A DNA stretch of 64,000 nt from an uncultured Eubacteriales bacterium. GTDB taxonomy: Bacteria > Bacillota > Clostridia > Christensenellales > UBA1242. The notes under the pieces were generated by a model. It did not search any database and had not been told where the DNA came from. It saw only the letters and a list, made by a program, of their open reading frames with translations. The stretch's first letter is position 1. Each line of letters begins with the position of its first letter. The translations under genes were made by a program, and so were the position numbers. Positions 9,471 to 19,549 of this stretch are shown here, piece after piece. Location: positions 44,532 through 108,531 of the forward strand of contig CARNVA010000002.1 of the NCBI GenBank assembly GCA_949031345.1, in the 5' to 3' direction.

Positions 9471-10679
9471 TTAACAACTCATTTGTTCAAGCATCCAATC
9501 TGTATAAACACCATATCCTTTTGTAGGATCAGATACAAAAACATGAGTTACAGCGCCTACCACCCTTTCATTTTGAATAATTGGAGAACCGCTCATACCT
9601 TGAACAATTCCACCAGTAAGCTCAAGCAATCTTTTATCAGTCACGCGCAATATAAGACTTTTGTCGTCACATTTTGATTGAAAATTCGCTTTAATTATTT
9701 CTATATCATATTCTTCAGTTATTCCGCTTACATTCGAAACAATTTTTGCTTTACCGGGCTTAACACTCAACCTTCCACCAAGCAAAGCCGTTCTATTTTG
9801 ATCAATCAATTCATTATCATCAAGTCTGCCATATATTCCAACTTTAGTATTTTTCAAAATGCTGCCATGTCTATTTTTTTGAACGAACACACACCTAAGC
9901 TCTCCAGGATTATTTTTTTGCCCTTTTTCTACATTCACTAAAGAACAACTATAAACATCTCCATCCACCATAGGCAAAATATTATCATTCAGACCATTAG
10001 TTACGGCATGACCTAAAGCTCCAAATTCATTTGTATCTTTTTTAATAAAAGTAAGCGTTCCTACTCCAGAAAAATCATCTCTTACCCACAATCCCAGCTT
10101 ATATCTGCCATTTTCATCCTTCAACAGACCTGTTTCCTGCTTATAATCTTGATTATTTCTCTGATAAATAACCTGCACTTTTTCACATGTGGCATTATAT
10201 AGAGCCAAATCTATATCATCTAAAGAGTTTATTTTAACACCATTTATTTCTTTAATAACATCTCCCGCTTTGAAAGATGTATTTTTTGAAACAGCAGCAG
10301 ATTTTACATCAACCACTGTATCACTTACCACAACAGCACCTTCTGTTTGCAAAGTTAAACCAATTGGAAAACCGCCTACATACACCTCTTCTTCAGGCAA
10401 CAATTTTACCTTAACCTTTTTAACTGGTATAAACCCAAAAAGTTTGAATACAACCTCAGCTTCACTAGGTTTATCTTGACCAGTCGTCACTTCCCCTTCA
10501 TTTAATGAAAGATTAACAAAATTCCCAAAACCGTGTTCTTCATTAACCCTCTCAATTTCATCGTAGCTTACATAAAAATTGTTTGGCATTTTTATAAGGT
10601 TGAAAACTGGAATATTACTAAAAATTAAATAAGCACACAAAAATACATAAACAAAAATCAAGCCTTTCTTATTTCGCAT
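9471..10679 (-). CDS. spoIVB: stage IV sporulation protein B (SpoIVB peptidase, S55)
   Basis: Signal anchor, PDZ-like segment and peptidase region GTLTFI..FGALGH..GMSGSPII. ATG 10679 has a GGAGG RBS. Confidence 0.92.
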   Translation of the reverse strand: MRNKKGLIFVYVFLCAYLIFSNIPVFNLIKMPNNFYVSYDEIERVNEEHGFGNFVNLSLNEGEVTTGQDKPSEAEVVFKLFGFIPVKKVKVKLLPEEEVYVGGFPIGLTLQTEGAVVVSDTVVDVKSAAVSKNTSFKAGDVIKEINGVKINSLDDIDLALYNATCEKVQVIYQRNNQDYKQETGLLKDENGRYKLGLWVRDDFSGVGTLTFIKKDTNEFGALGHAVTNGLNDNILPMVDGDVYSCSLVNVEKGQKNNPGELRCVFVQKNRHGSILKNTKVGIYGRLDDNELIDQNRTALLGGRLSVKPGKAKIVSNVSGITEEYDIEIIKANFQSKCDDKSLILRVTDKRLLELTGGIVQGMSGSPIIQNERVVGAVTHVFVSDPTKGYGVYTDWMLEQMSC

Positions 10680-10762
10680 TTTTCCTCCAAACATAAAAAT
10701 AGACTAAATAAAAAATAGACTACCTAAAGGTTAGTCTATTCATTTTCTTACTTTTTATTCTT

Positions 10763-12430
10763 TTAGAATAATTTACCTGTCTTTCCCCTCATCTCTTCAG
10801 CTTGCTTGATTGCTGTATGCGTCAAATTATCACCAACCACCATTCTTGCAAGATTTTCAACGATTTCTTCCCCTTCTAAATGCTTAATTTCAGTAGAAGT
10901 TGAATTTGATGTTTCTTTTTTAGATACAAAATAGAAATCATCCCCAAAACTTGCAACTTGAGAAAGGTGCGTAATACAAATCACTTGAATATTCTTAGTA
11001 ATGTTATTAAGCTTTAAACCAACAATATTGCCTGTTTCGCCACTTATTCCAGCATCAATTTCGTCAAATATAAGCGTTTGAGCACCGCCGATTTCATTGA
11101 AAATATTTTTAAACGCAAGCATAAATCGGCTTAGCTCACCGCCTGAAGCGGTCTTAGAAAGCGATTTTATCTCTTGTCCTTTATTTGCAGAGAACACAAA
11201 CTCAACCATATCTATTCCATTTGCAGACAGATTTTCAAGTTTGGTAAAAGATGTATCAAACACACTTGATTTCATACCAAGCTCATTAAGCTCTTTTTTC
11301 ATCTTTTCTTTAACAACTACAGCCGTCTTTTTTCTTAAATCGCTCAACTTTTCACAGTCTTCTTTTAGTGTATTTTCCAGTCTCACTTTCTCTTTTTCAA
11401 GCTTTATTATATTTTCTTCACTATTTTCAAGCTCATCCAACTCTTCTTTTGACTTCTCCAAATATTCAAGCATATTTTCTACAGAGCCACCATATTTTTT
11501 AGTCAAAGATTTTATAAGGTCATATCTTCTATCAAGCCTATCAAACTCTCTTTCATCAAATTCAGTATTTGATTTAATATCGTCAAGGGTTTCAATTATA
11601 TCTTCGACTTCATACTTGACACTTTCAAGCCTGCTGCGACAATCTTCAATATTTTCAAAATCTCCAAATCCAGATAAAGCACTAAGCGATTGTTGAAGCT
11701 GAGAAAGGCAAGCACCATTGCCTTCATTGAGCAATTGTTGGCAAAATGAAATAGCTTCATAAATCTTTTCAGCACTATTGAAAAAATTCAATTTTTCACT
11801 CAAAATCTCATCTTCACCTTGTTTGACTTTTGCATCTTCAATTTCATTTATTTGATATTCAAGCAACGATTTTTTTCTTTCTCTCTCGAAAGCATCTCCT
11901 CCAAGTTGAAGAATTTTCTTTTTGATTTCAGACAACAATTCATATTTATCTTTAACCATTGCTTTAACTTTTAAAATCTCTTCTCCGGCAAGCTTATCCA
12001 GCATTACTAAGTGATTTTTTGATTTTAAAAGCTCTACGCTTTCATGTTGAGAATAGCTATCAACAAGCACACCACCGATTTCTTTTAGCACTGAAAGCAC
12101 AACCGGAAAGCCGTTTACTCGAGCTGATGACTTTCCTTCCAAAGTATATACTCTTGATAAACCAATCTCATTTCCATCAAAACCAAGTTCTGAAAGTGCC
12201 GCCTGAGCCGAATCAGACAAATCTGAAAATACAGCATCAACCCTCATCTCTTTTTCGCCGCTTCTTATAAGAGCCTTGTCCGCCTTAGCCCCAAGTACAA
12301 AGTTTAATGCATCAAAAATAATACTTTTGCCTGCACCTGTTTCACCAAGAAGCACATTAAAACCTTTTCCAAATTCTATATTTATATTCGATATTACCGC
12401 AACATTCTTAATCGATAATGATTGAAGCAT
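10763..12430 (-). CDS. recN: DNA repair protein RecN
   Basis: Walker A GETGAGKS, long coiled coil, and SMC signature plus Walker B (ASGGELSR..LIFDEIDAGISG). Confidence 0.95.
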   Translation of the reverse strand: MLQSLSIKNVAVISNINIEFGKGFNVLLGETGAGKSIIFDALNFVLGAKADKALIRSGEKEMRVDAVFSDLSDSAQAALSELGFDGNEIGLSRVYTLEGKSSARVNGFPVVLSVLKEIGGVLVDSYSQHESVELLKSKNHLVMLDKLAGEEILKVKAMVKDKYELLSEIKKKILQLGGDAFERERKKSLLEYQINEIEDAKVKQGEDEILSEKLNFFNSAEKIYEAISFCQQLLNEGNGACLSQLQQSLSALSGFGDFENIEDCRSRLESVKYEVEDIIETLDDIKSNTEFDEREFDRLDRRYDLIKSLTKKYGGSVENMLEYLEKSKEELDELENSEENIIKLEKEKVRLENTLKEDCEKLSDLRKKTAVVVKEKMKKELNELGMKSSVFDTSFTKLENLSANGIDMVEFVFSANKGQEIKSLSKTASGGELSRFMLAFKNIFNEIGGAQTLIFDEIDAGISGETGNIVGLKLNNITKNIQVICITHLSQVASFGDDFYFVSKKETSNSTSTEIKHLEGEEIVENLARMVVGDNLTHTAIKQAEEMRGKTGKLF

Positions 12431-12442
12431 TTATTCACCTCT

Positions 12443-12895
12443 TTAGTTTAACATATCATTTAAAGTAACCACAGCCTGACTTGCCATAGTAGTTGTAGGA
12501 AAAATCAACATTACAGTATCATCACCATTTACCGCGCCAAGCAATTCGCTAATATTAAGCTTATCCACAAAACTTGAAATAGCACTTCCCATTCCTTTCA
12601 TCGTTTTCACAACAACAAGATTCATTGCAACTTTAACAGAAATGACAGCTTCTTTGAAAATAGAAACATATTTGTTTGAAATGACTTGCTCATCTGAGCC
12701 TACAAAACAATATTTATATTTACCTGAGCTTGACAAAATTTTGGTTAAACCAAGCTCCTTAATATCTCTAGATATCGTAGCTTGCGTAATTTCAAAATTT
12801 GCATTTCTAAGCTCTCTAGCCAATTCATCTTGCGTCTCAATCTCTTTAGTTGAGATAATTTCCAAAATTTTCGACTGTCTTGCACTTCTTGCCAT
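12443..12895 (-). CDS. argR: arginine repressor
   Basis: 150 aa. N-terminal wHTH (QDELARELRNANFEITQATISRDIKEL) and C-terminal oligomerisation domain (GAVNGDDTVM). Confidence 0.93.
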   Translation of the reverse strand: MARSARQSKILEIISTKEIETQDELARELRNANFEITQATISRDIKELGLTKILSSSGKYKYCFVGSDEQVISNKYVSIFKEAVISVKVAMNLVVVKTMKGMGSAISSFVDKLNISELLGAVNGDDTVMLIFPTTTMASQAVVTLNDMLN

Positions 12896-12971
12896 GTTTT
12901 TCTCCTCAAACGCTATTCGCCTTTATTTATAAGGAATATAGCGATTTTGTATATTTATGAATTTATGGATA

Positions 12972-13051
12972 TTCATTCATTTTTGATTATTATACATCAA
13001 AATTTATAATTATGCAAGTGTTTTATGCATATTTATTCATTCATTTTTGAT
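12972..13051 (-). promoter_or_regulatory. argR promoter flanked by two ARG-box-like repeats
   Basis: Minus strand TTGCAT (13017-13012), 17-nt spacer, TATAAT (12994-12989). An identical 16-mer TTCATTCATTTTTGAT sits at 12972-12987 and 13036-13051. Read on the minus strand these contain ATGAATGAAT, resembling AhrC/ArgR box halves. Confidence 0.55.
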
Positions 13052-13241
13052 ATATATTGCATAATATGCAAATTTATAAATATCGTTTTTATAAATATCT
13101 CTTTTTATGCATACACCATTCTTTCTCTGTCAAACTTTAATCCAATCAAAATAAGCACCTTTAAAAATTTTATGTAGAAACAAATTGGTTTGACACGCCA
13201 TTTTTCAACCAATTTAAAAACTCAATCAAGCAACTACTACA

Positions 13242-13273
13242 TAAAAAAAGACAGGCCTTAATTCAACCTGTCT
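13242..13273 (-). terminator. intrinsic terminator after thiI
   Basis: Stem AGACAGG/CCTGTCT followed by T7 on the minus strand. Confidence 0.7.
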
Positions 13274-13301
13274 ATGTTCTATGTTTTTGTTTTTTTAATA
13301 T

Positions 13302-14456
13302 CTATTCAATAACAATCGTCTCTTCCAAACTCAAACACTCTTCAACCAATGCTTCAATGTTGAGATACCTCTCTTCCTTCTCACACCTTTCTATAGTTGG
13401 TTTAATAATTGGATTTTTAGGAAGAAAAACTGTACAGCAATCTTCATAAGGTAATATAGAAGTTTTATAAGTTTCTATCTTATTTGCCACCGCCATTATT
13501 TCTTCTTTATCCATTGCAATACAAGGCCTAAAAATTGGTTTGCGTTTTACAACCTCACCAGTCACAGTCATACTTTGCATAGTTTGACTTGCAACCTGTC
13601 CCAAGCTTTCACCAGTCACAATTGCACCTAGTCCATATTTATCGCAAACACGCTCAGCCACTCTCATCATAATCCTTCTCATAAGAGTTATCATATATTC
13701 TGGAGAGCAATTCATGTGTATAGCTTCTTGCACTTTTGTAAAAGAAACTATATGCAAATTGATTTTGCCTACAAACTTAGCAAGCTCTTTTGCCAAAGTT
13801 ATCACCTTTTCTTTTGCAAGCTCTGAAGTATATGGATAGCTATGAAAATGAAGAGCATCCAACTCCATTCCTCTTTTTGAAATTAAATAACCAGCAACTG
13901 GACTATCAATACCACCAGAAAGCAGCAATAATCCTTTTCCAGCAGACCCAAGCGGCAAGCCTCCTTGACACTTAATAATATCTGTAAAAATGTAAGCTCT
14001 TCCATTCATCCTTATATCGACATTAAATTGAACAGCTGGATTATACAAATCAACACTTGCATTCGGATTATTATCAAGTATTACACCACCAAGCTCTTTA
14101 GCAAAATCCATTGAAGAAATAGGAAAAGATTTATCTGCTCTGTTTACTATTGCTTTAAAAGAATTATCGCCAACCTCAAGCTTTGAAGCCTCAGCTTTTA
14201 TAACCTCTGGATCAGCAACAACTTCATCAGCCCTACTTAAACTATAAAGCCCAGAAACCTGCTTTAAGCGTTCAACAATCTCATCTTCATTTTCTTCGTT
14301 ATAAGCAGAAATCAAATATCTACCAAAAGTCTTCGAAAACTTAAATTCAAGCCCAGTCAACTTTTTCTTTATATTACTTATAAGAAGGTTTTCAAAAATA
14401 TTTCTGTTATGTCCTTTAAGATATAACTCGCCAAATCGCAATAAAATCACCTTCAT
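13302..14456 (-). CDS. thiI: tRNA 4-thiouridine synthase ThiI
   Basis: THUMP-type N-terminus and PP-loop SGGIDSPVA. Overlaps the upstream cysteine desulfurase gene by 4 nt. Confidence 0.9.
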   Translation of the reverse strand: MKVILLRFGELYLKGHNRNIFENLLISNIKKKLTGLEFKFSKTFGRYLISAYNEENEDEIVERLKQVSGLYSLSRADEVVADPEVIKAEASKLEVGDNSFKAIVNRADKSFPISSMDFAKELGGVILDNNPNASVDLYNPAVQFNVDIRMNGRAYIFTDIIKCQGGLPLGSAGKGLLLLSGGIDSPVAGYLISKRGMELDALHFHSYPYTSELAKEKVITLAKELAKFVGKINLHIVSFTKVQEAIHMNCSPEYMITLMRRIMMRVAERVCDKYGLGAIVTGESLGQVASQTMQSMTVTGEVVKRKPIFRPCIAMDKEEIMAVANKIETYKTSILPYEDCCTVFLPKNPIIKPTIERCEKEERYLNIEALVEECLSLEETIVIE

Positions 14457-15574
14457 AAAACTTTACTCCTTATTTGATTGTAAATTTCTTTAATTATTTT
14501 TGCAGCCTCTTCAATTTCTTCAATCGTCAATTCTTCACAAAAAGATATTCTAATATGAGATTTTATTTCTTCCAATTTAAAACCTAAATTTTCCAAGATT
14601 CTGTTGCCCGCTTTTTTAGTAGAACAAGCACTACCTGTACCTACAATCACACCTTTTTCAGCCAATGCACGCATAAGTGTTTCACCATTCACATCTTCAA
14701 ACCAAACACTTAAAATATAAGGACTTCCATTAAAATCGTTTATATGAATATGCTCATCTTCAAGTAAGGCTTTTGTCATCGTTTTATTAAGTTGATAAAC
14801 TTTATCATACGATTTTGAAACATCTATTTTATTGAAAGCATATTCCATTGACATTATGCCGCCTATATTCTCAGTGCCTGAGCGATAGCCCTCCTCTTGA
14901 CCTCCGCCAAAAACGATTGACTTAAGGTTATTCAAATTTTTCACATACAAAGCACCAACACCTTTTGGACCATGAAATTTGTGCGCAGATATGGAATAAA
15001 AATCAATGCTAAGTTTATCCAAAACAAAATCTAACTTACAAAAAGCTTGAACACCATCAACATGCACTAGCGCATTTTTAGCAAGCTTATCTCGCACTGA
15101 AACTATTCTTTTTATGTCGTTAGCAGCTCCGGTTTCATTATTTACATGTTCAACAGAAATCAATCGGGTTTTGTCATTTACAACTTTTTCAAGCTGGTCA
15201 TAATCAATTTGACCAGACTTATCAAGCCCAACAAAATGCACAATAAAACCTTGCCTTTCAAGCTCCTTTGCCACATTATAAACGCTTGGATGCTCAGAAA
15301 TAGAAAAAACATATTCGTATTTTCCATTTCGTTTACTGCCAAACACCGCCAGGTTATTGCTTTCAGTGGCTCCGCCAGTAAATATTATATCACCCTTGCT
15401 CGCGCCAAGCTTTTTTAATAGTGACTTTTTAGCCTCAATCAACTGTTTTTTTATATCAACAGCCTGGCCATATCCTGCAGAAGGATTGAAAAAAGAATGG
15501 CAGGCATATTTTTTATATAAGTCTGCCCCTTCTTCAAACATTTTAGTTGTCGCCGCATTATCAAGATAAATCAT
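14453..15574 (-). CDS. iscS: cysteine desulfurase (NifS/IscS family)
   Basis: Class V aminotransferase with PLP lysine SAHKFHGPKG and active-site SACS. Paired with thiI. Confidence 0.88.
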   Translation of the reverse strand: MIYLDNAATTKMFEEGADLYKKYACHSFFNPSAGYGQAVDIKKQLIEAKKSLLKKLGASKGDIIFTGGATESNNLAVFGSKRNGKYEYVFSISEHPSVYNVAKELERQGFIVHFVGLDKSGQIDYDQLEKVVNDKTRLISVEHVNNETGAANDIKRIVSVRDKLAKNALVHVDGVQAFCKLDFVLDKLSIDFYSISAHKFHGPKGVGALYVKNLNNLKSIVFGGGQEEGYRSGTENIGGIMSMEYAFNKIDVSKSYDKVYQLNKTMTKALLEDEHIHINDFNGSPYILSVWFEDVNGETLMRALAEKGVIVGTGSACSTKKAGNRILENLGFKLEEIKSHIRISFCEELTIEEIEEAAKIIKEIYNQIRSKVL

Positions 15575-17973
15575 CGCAAAGCAGCCCCATGCTTATATGT
15601 TAAGGCCTTCAAAACCTTTTTCATAACCGAAGCAACCTCTTCATCAGTCAAGGTCTTTTCCATATCAGAGAGTTTAATCTTAAATGCCAAACTCTTCTTA
15701 TTTTCTCCAAGCGAGTTGTTTCTGTAAATATCAAATAATGCAACATCAAAGTATAATCTTCCACAAGAAGATTTAATTGATGCAAGAAGCTCTGCCACTG
15801 TTACACCTTCGTCAACAATGACCGCCATATCCCTTTCAACTATAGGATATTTTGAAATAGGTTTTACATTTCTCACTTTCACTGGCAAATCAGCTAAAAA
15901 CTCTGTGTCTATTTCTGCATAAACAACATTTGCAGGAACGTCGTAATTTTTTGCTACAATTGGATGAATTTTCCCAAAACTGCCAATTACTTTACCGTCA
16001 GAAATAATATCTGCAGATACACCAGGATGCAAATAAGACTGACTTGATCTTTCAATTACATAATCAAGCGAGGTTTGCGATAAAAGATTTTCAACAACAC
16101 CTTTCATATTAAAGAAATCAAATCCCTCTTCACACACAGACAACGCAAGCATATTTCTTTCTACAGGAAGCTCTTCCAAAGGCAAACTTTTTGCCAAATA
16201 AACCCTTCCACACTCAAAAATTCTAAGGTTTTTATTTCCTACACTTAAGTTGTAAGCTATGTTTGATAACAAGCTATGCGCCATAGAAGTCCTCATGCAT
16301 GAAATATCTTCACTTATTGGATTTGCAATTTTTATTACCTTATATTCCTCTGAATTTAACAGCAACTTATCGTTTACATCTCCAGGCACCAAAGAATATG
16401 AGACATTCTCATAAAATCCTTTTTCAATAAGGGCATTTCTAAAACCTCTTTCCAAAAGTAATCTTGGATGATGCTGTCCTTCAGTTACTGAAGCATGTTC
16501 AAACAGCTTATAATCCAAGCTGTCATAATGATAATACCCATAAAGCCTTATAATCTCTTCCGCCAAGTCATAGTCATTCTCGATATCTTCTCTGTAAGGA
16601 GGCACTTTACAATGAAGCTTATCCCCAAGTGCTTGCGTTGTAATTCCAAGACTATTCAAAATTCTTACCATTTCTTGCATAGGCACATCAATACCCAAAA
16701 TAGCATTGATAAGTTTAATAGAGCAAACTATTTCTCTTGTCTCATTTTTCTTATTGCAAATATCAATGCAACCGCGAGCAACTTTTCCACATTTAAGTTT
16801 TGAAACTAGATGCAAAGCTCTTGCAAGTCCCAGCTCAGCATTTGCAACATTTACACCTTTTTCATATCTAGCCGATGAATCAGTCCTCACACCAAGTCTT
16901 CTGCTTGTAATTCTTATTGATTTCAAATCAAAAACTGCACTTTCAAGCACGCAAGTTGTCGTTTCATCAGTAATACAAGAATCAGTGCCACCAATGACTC
17001 CGGCGATAACCATTGGCCTATTTTCATCTGCTATAACCATAACATCTTCATCAAGTTGATAATCACTATGGTTTAGCGCTGAAATTACCTCACCTTTTTT
17101 AGCTTGTCTTACTCTTATTTTCTGCCCACCAATATTTTTTTGGTCAAATGCATGAAGAGGCTGCCCCATTTCAATCAAAACATAATTGGTTATATCAACC
17201 ATAGTATTTATAGGTTTAATTCCAACCGCATTCAATCTTGCCCTCAACCACAAAGGAGATCTCTCAATTTTAACATCGGTAATAGCACCTGCCATATATC
17301 TATAACAATTTGGTGAAGAAACCTCGACTCCTACAAAATTATGCACAGTGTCTTTTGAATAAACATCTATATCATAATTTAGATTTATTTTCTTAAGCTC
17401 TTTACCAAGCAGCGCACAAACTTCTCTCGCAATACCAACAACACTCATACAATCAGCTCTATTTGGAGTTATGTTAATGTCATAAACAACATCATCAAGC
17501 ATAAGCGCCTTATCAATAGCTGTTCCTGGTTTCATATCATTTGGCAAAATTAAGATGCCATCAACACCCGCGCCTTCAAAATAATTTTCATCAATGCCAA
17601 GCTCTTGCCCAGAACAAAACATTCCACAAGACTCAACCCCTCTCATCTTAGTTTTTTGAATTTTTACGCCGTTTACAAGATCAGCACCTTCCAAACTCAC
17701 AGGCACAACTGCACCTTCAAACACATTTGTAGCAGCAGTGATAATTTGAGTAACAACTCCACCACCGATATCTACACGACAAACCACAAGCCTATCCGCT
17801 TCTGGATGCTTCTCTATTTTAATTATTCTTCCCACTACAACATGATGAAGATGCTCATTTTGATAGATAACTTCCTCGACTTCCATGCCTGCCGCTGTCA
17901 ATTTTTCAGCAAGTAATTCGGGAGCAACGTCAATATCCACCATATCTTTAAGCCAGTTATAAGTTACTTTCAT
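15571..17973 (-). CDS. pheT: phenylalanyl-tRNA synthetase beta subunit
   Basis: 800 aa. tRNA-binding OB N-terminus (KVTYNWLKD..HPEADRL), B3/4, B5 and FDX-ACB domains. Confidence 0.95.
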   Translation of the reverse strand: MKVTYNWLKDMVDIDVAPELLAEKLTAAGMEVEEVIYQNEHLHHVVVGRIIKIEKHPEADRLVVCRVDIGGGVVTQIITAATNVFEGAVVPVSLEGADLVNGVKIQKTKMRGVESCGMFCSGQELGIDENYFEGAGVDGILILPNDMKPGTAIDKALMLDDVVYDINITPNRADCMSVVGIAREVCALLGKELKKINLNYDIDVYSKDTVHNFVGVEVSSPNCYRYMAGAITDVKIERSPLWLRARLNAVGIKPINTMVDITNYVLIEMGQPLHAFDQKNIGGQKIRVRQAKKGEVISALNHSDYQLDEDVMVIADENRPMVIAGVIGGTDSCITDETTTCVLESAVFDLKSIRITSRRLGVRTDSSARYEKGVNVANAELGLARALHLVSKLKCGKVARGCIDICNKKNETREIVCSIKLINAILGIDVPMQEMVRILNSLGITTQALGDKLHCKVPPYREDIENDYDLAEEIIRLYGYYHYDSLDYKLFEHASVTEGQHHPRLLLERGFRNALIEKGFYENVSYSLVPGDVNDKLLLNSEEYKVIKIANPISEDISCMRTSMAHSLLSNIAYNLSVGNKNLRIFECGRVYLAKSLPLEELPVERNMLALSVCEEGFDFFNMKGVVENLLSQTSLDYVIERSSQSYLHPGVSADIISDGKVIGSFGKIHPIVAKNYDVPANVVYAEIDTEFLADLPVKVRNVKPISKYPIVERDMAVIVDEGVTVAELLASIKSSCGRLYFDVALFDIYRNNSLGENKKSLAFKIKLSDMEKTLTDEEVASVMKKVLKALTYKHGAALR

Positions 17974-18045
17974 TTTTTCTCCTTAAATTTTATATTATCT
18001 ATTTACCTAAACTATTTCAGTTTTGTCTTTATATAATCAAACCAC

Positions 18046-19074
18046 TTATTTCATCTGATTTAAAAATCTTATATCATTTCGATAGAGATTTCTTATATTC
18101 CCAATGCTGTTTAAAATCATGGCTGTTCTATCAAGACCAAAACCAAACGCAAAACCTCTATATTTCTTGCTGTCAATTCCAGACATTTCAAGCACTTTAG
18201 GGTTTACAATTCCCGCACCTAAAAGCTCAAGCATTCCTGTACCTTTACATACTGAACAGCCTTTTCCATGACAAGAAGGACAAGAAACATCGACTTCTAT
18301 ACTTGGCTCTGTAAAAGGAAAGAAAGATGGTCTAAATCTTATCGTAGTGTCTTCTCCAAATAATCTTTTCATAAGAATAGTCAACATAGATTTTAAGTCT
18401 GCCATAGAAACATTTTCATCAATTACAAGCCCTTCCAACTGATTAAATACTGGACTATGCGTAGAGTCACTGTCATTTCTATAAGTTTTTCCAGGACAAA
18501 TAATCTTAAACGGAGGTTTTCTTACCTCCATTTCTCTTGCTTGAACAGCAGAAGTTTGAGACCTAAGCAAAATGTTTTCATTTATAAAGAATGTGTCTTG
18601 CATATCTCTTGAAGGATGATTTTTTGGAATATTCATTGCTTCGAAATTATAATAATCCGACTCAATTTCTGGCCCTTCAACGACAGAAAAACCCAGCTTA
18701 ACACAAATATCAGTCAGTCTATCCACTACATCAGCTATTGGATGCAATGCGCCCTTTAAACAATCTTTTGCAGGCTCTGTTATATCAACTTTTTCACTCT
18801 CCAATCTTTCACTAAGCTCATTTTGTTCAAACTCTGCCTCTTTTTTCGCAATACGCTCTTCAATTTCATTTCTAACCTTGTTGATAAGTGCACCAACTTT
18901 TGGTCTTTCTTCAGCTGCAACATCACGCATCCCCTTTGACAACATGGTAAGATGCCCAGACTTGCCAAAAACTTTGACTTTAATATCATTTAAAGTCTTT
19001 CTAAGCGAATAATCAACTTTGTCAATTTCTGCAAGCACTTCCTGCTTCAACTTTTCAAGCTCATCAATCAACAT
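18046..19074 (-). CDS. pheS: phenylalanyl-tRNA synthetase alpha subunit
   Basis: Class II motifs (FRPSFFPFTEPS, GFAFGFGLDR). ATG 19074 is preceded by GGAGG; the ATG at 19086 lies inside the RBS. Confidence 0.95.
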   Translation of the reverse strand: MLIDELEKLKQEVLAEIDKVDYSLRKTLNDIKVKVFGKSGHLTMLSKGMRDVAAEERPKVGALINKVRNEIEERIAKKEAEFEQNELSERLESEKVDITEPAKDCLKGALHPIADVVDRLTDICVKLGFSVVEGPEIESDYYNFEAMNIPKNHPSRDMQDTFFINENILLRSQTSAVQAREMEVRKPPFKIICPGKTYRNDSDSTHSPVFNQLEGLVIDENVSMADLKSMLTILMKRLFGEDTTIRFRPSFFPFTEPSIEVDVSCPSCHGKGCSVCKGTGMLELLGAGIVNPKVLEMSGIDSKKYRGFAFGFGLDRTAMILNSIGNIRNLYRNDIRFLNQMK

Positions 19075-19169
19075 AAATTCCTCCATACACTAAAATAAGA
19101 TGAACAATAAATTTTCAAAAGTTTAAACATGACAATCTTTACTTTTATGCCAAATCAGTTTGAAAATTT

Positions 19170-19463
19170 ACATACAAAAAAGCCCTCTTCGCATTAGGAC
19201 GAAAGAGAACTTTTCGTGGTACCACCTAAATTTAATGAGCAAACACTCATTCTTATTTAATCTTTTACGCAGATATACGGCAAAAACTACTTTCAATAAT
19301 TTAAAATCAACGCTTAAATTTAAATAAGCAAATTTTAAAATAAGTTTCATAATTGCAGCTAGAAAGTGAATTTACATACTATTTGACACCCACATTTCAG
19401 CTTAAAGTGAGCTCTCTGAGACAAACATTTATGCTACTAGTCTTTCATCATCGCCTTTTATAA
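19170..19463 (-). promoter_or_regulatory. T-box riboswitch leader (Phe specifier) with terminator
   Basis: Minus strand shows GCGATGATGAA..AGTA (GA motif), CAGAGAG, specifier-like AAATTCA (UUC), and T-box AAATTTAGGTGGTACCACG, then a terminator stem plus T6. Promoter TTGACA-16-TATAAT lies at 19497-19470. Confidence 0.85.
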
Positions 19464-19549
19464 ATTAAAATTATAATTATTATTATATTTTTGTCAAGCA
19501 ATTTTAAGATTGTTTTGCAATTTTAAAAATATATGCTAAAATAAATATC

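Noticed and set aside
11097-11696. 199-aa plus-strand ORF rich in Ser/Phe/Leu
   Set aside because: Entirely antisense to recN, with low-complexity composition typical of a shadow frame of an AT-rich gene. The same reasoning applies to the other antisense ORFs in the track, e.g. 176-400, 985-1215, 1457-1786, 16706-17059, 28644-29165, 39051-39344, 47091-47390 and 50188-50550.
19263-19273. Partial copy (TTTTACGCAGA) of the 17-mer repeat
   Set aside because: Only 11-12 nt match, and it sits inside the functional T-box leader. I treat it as probably coincidental or unrelated to the 5512/8076 element, although chance is not excluded as an explanation either way.
19168-19350. 60-aa minus-strand ORF upstream of pheS
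   Set aside because: It lies inside the Phe T-box leader and spans the T-box and terminator. It has no RBS.
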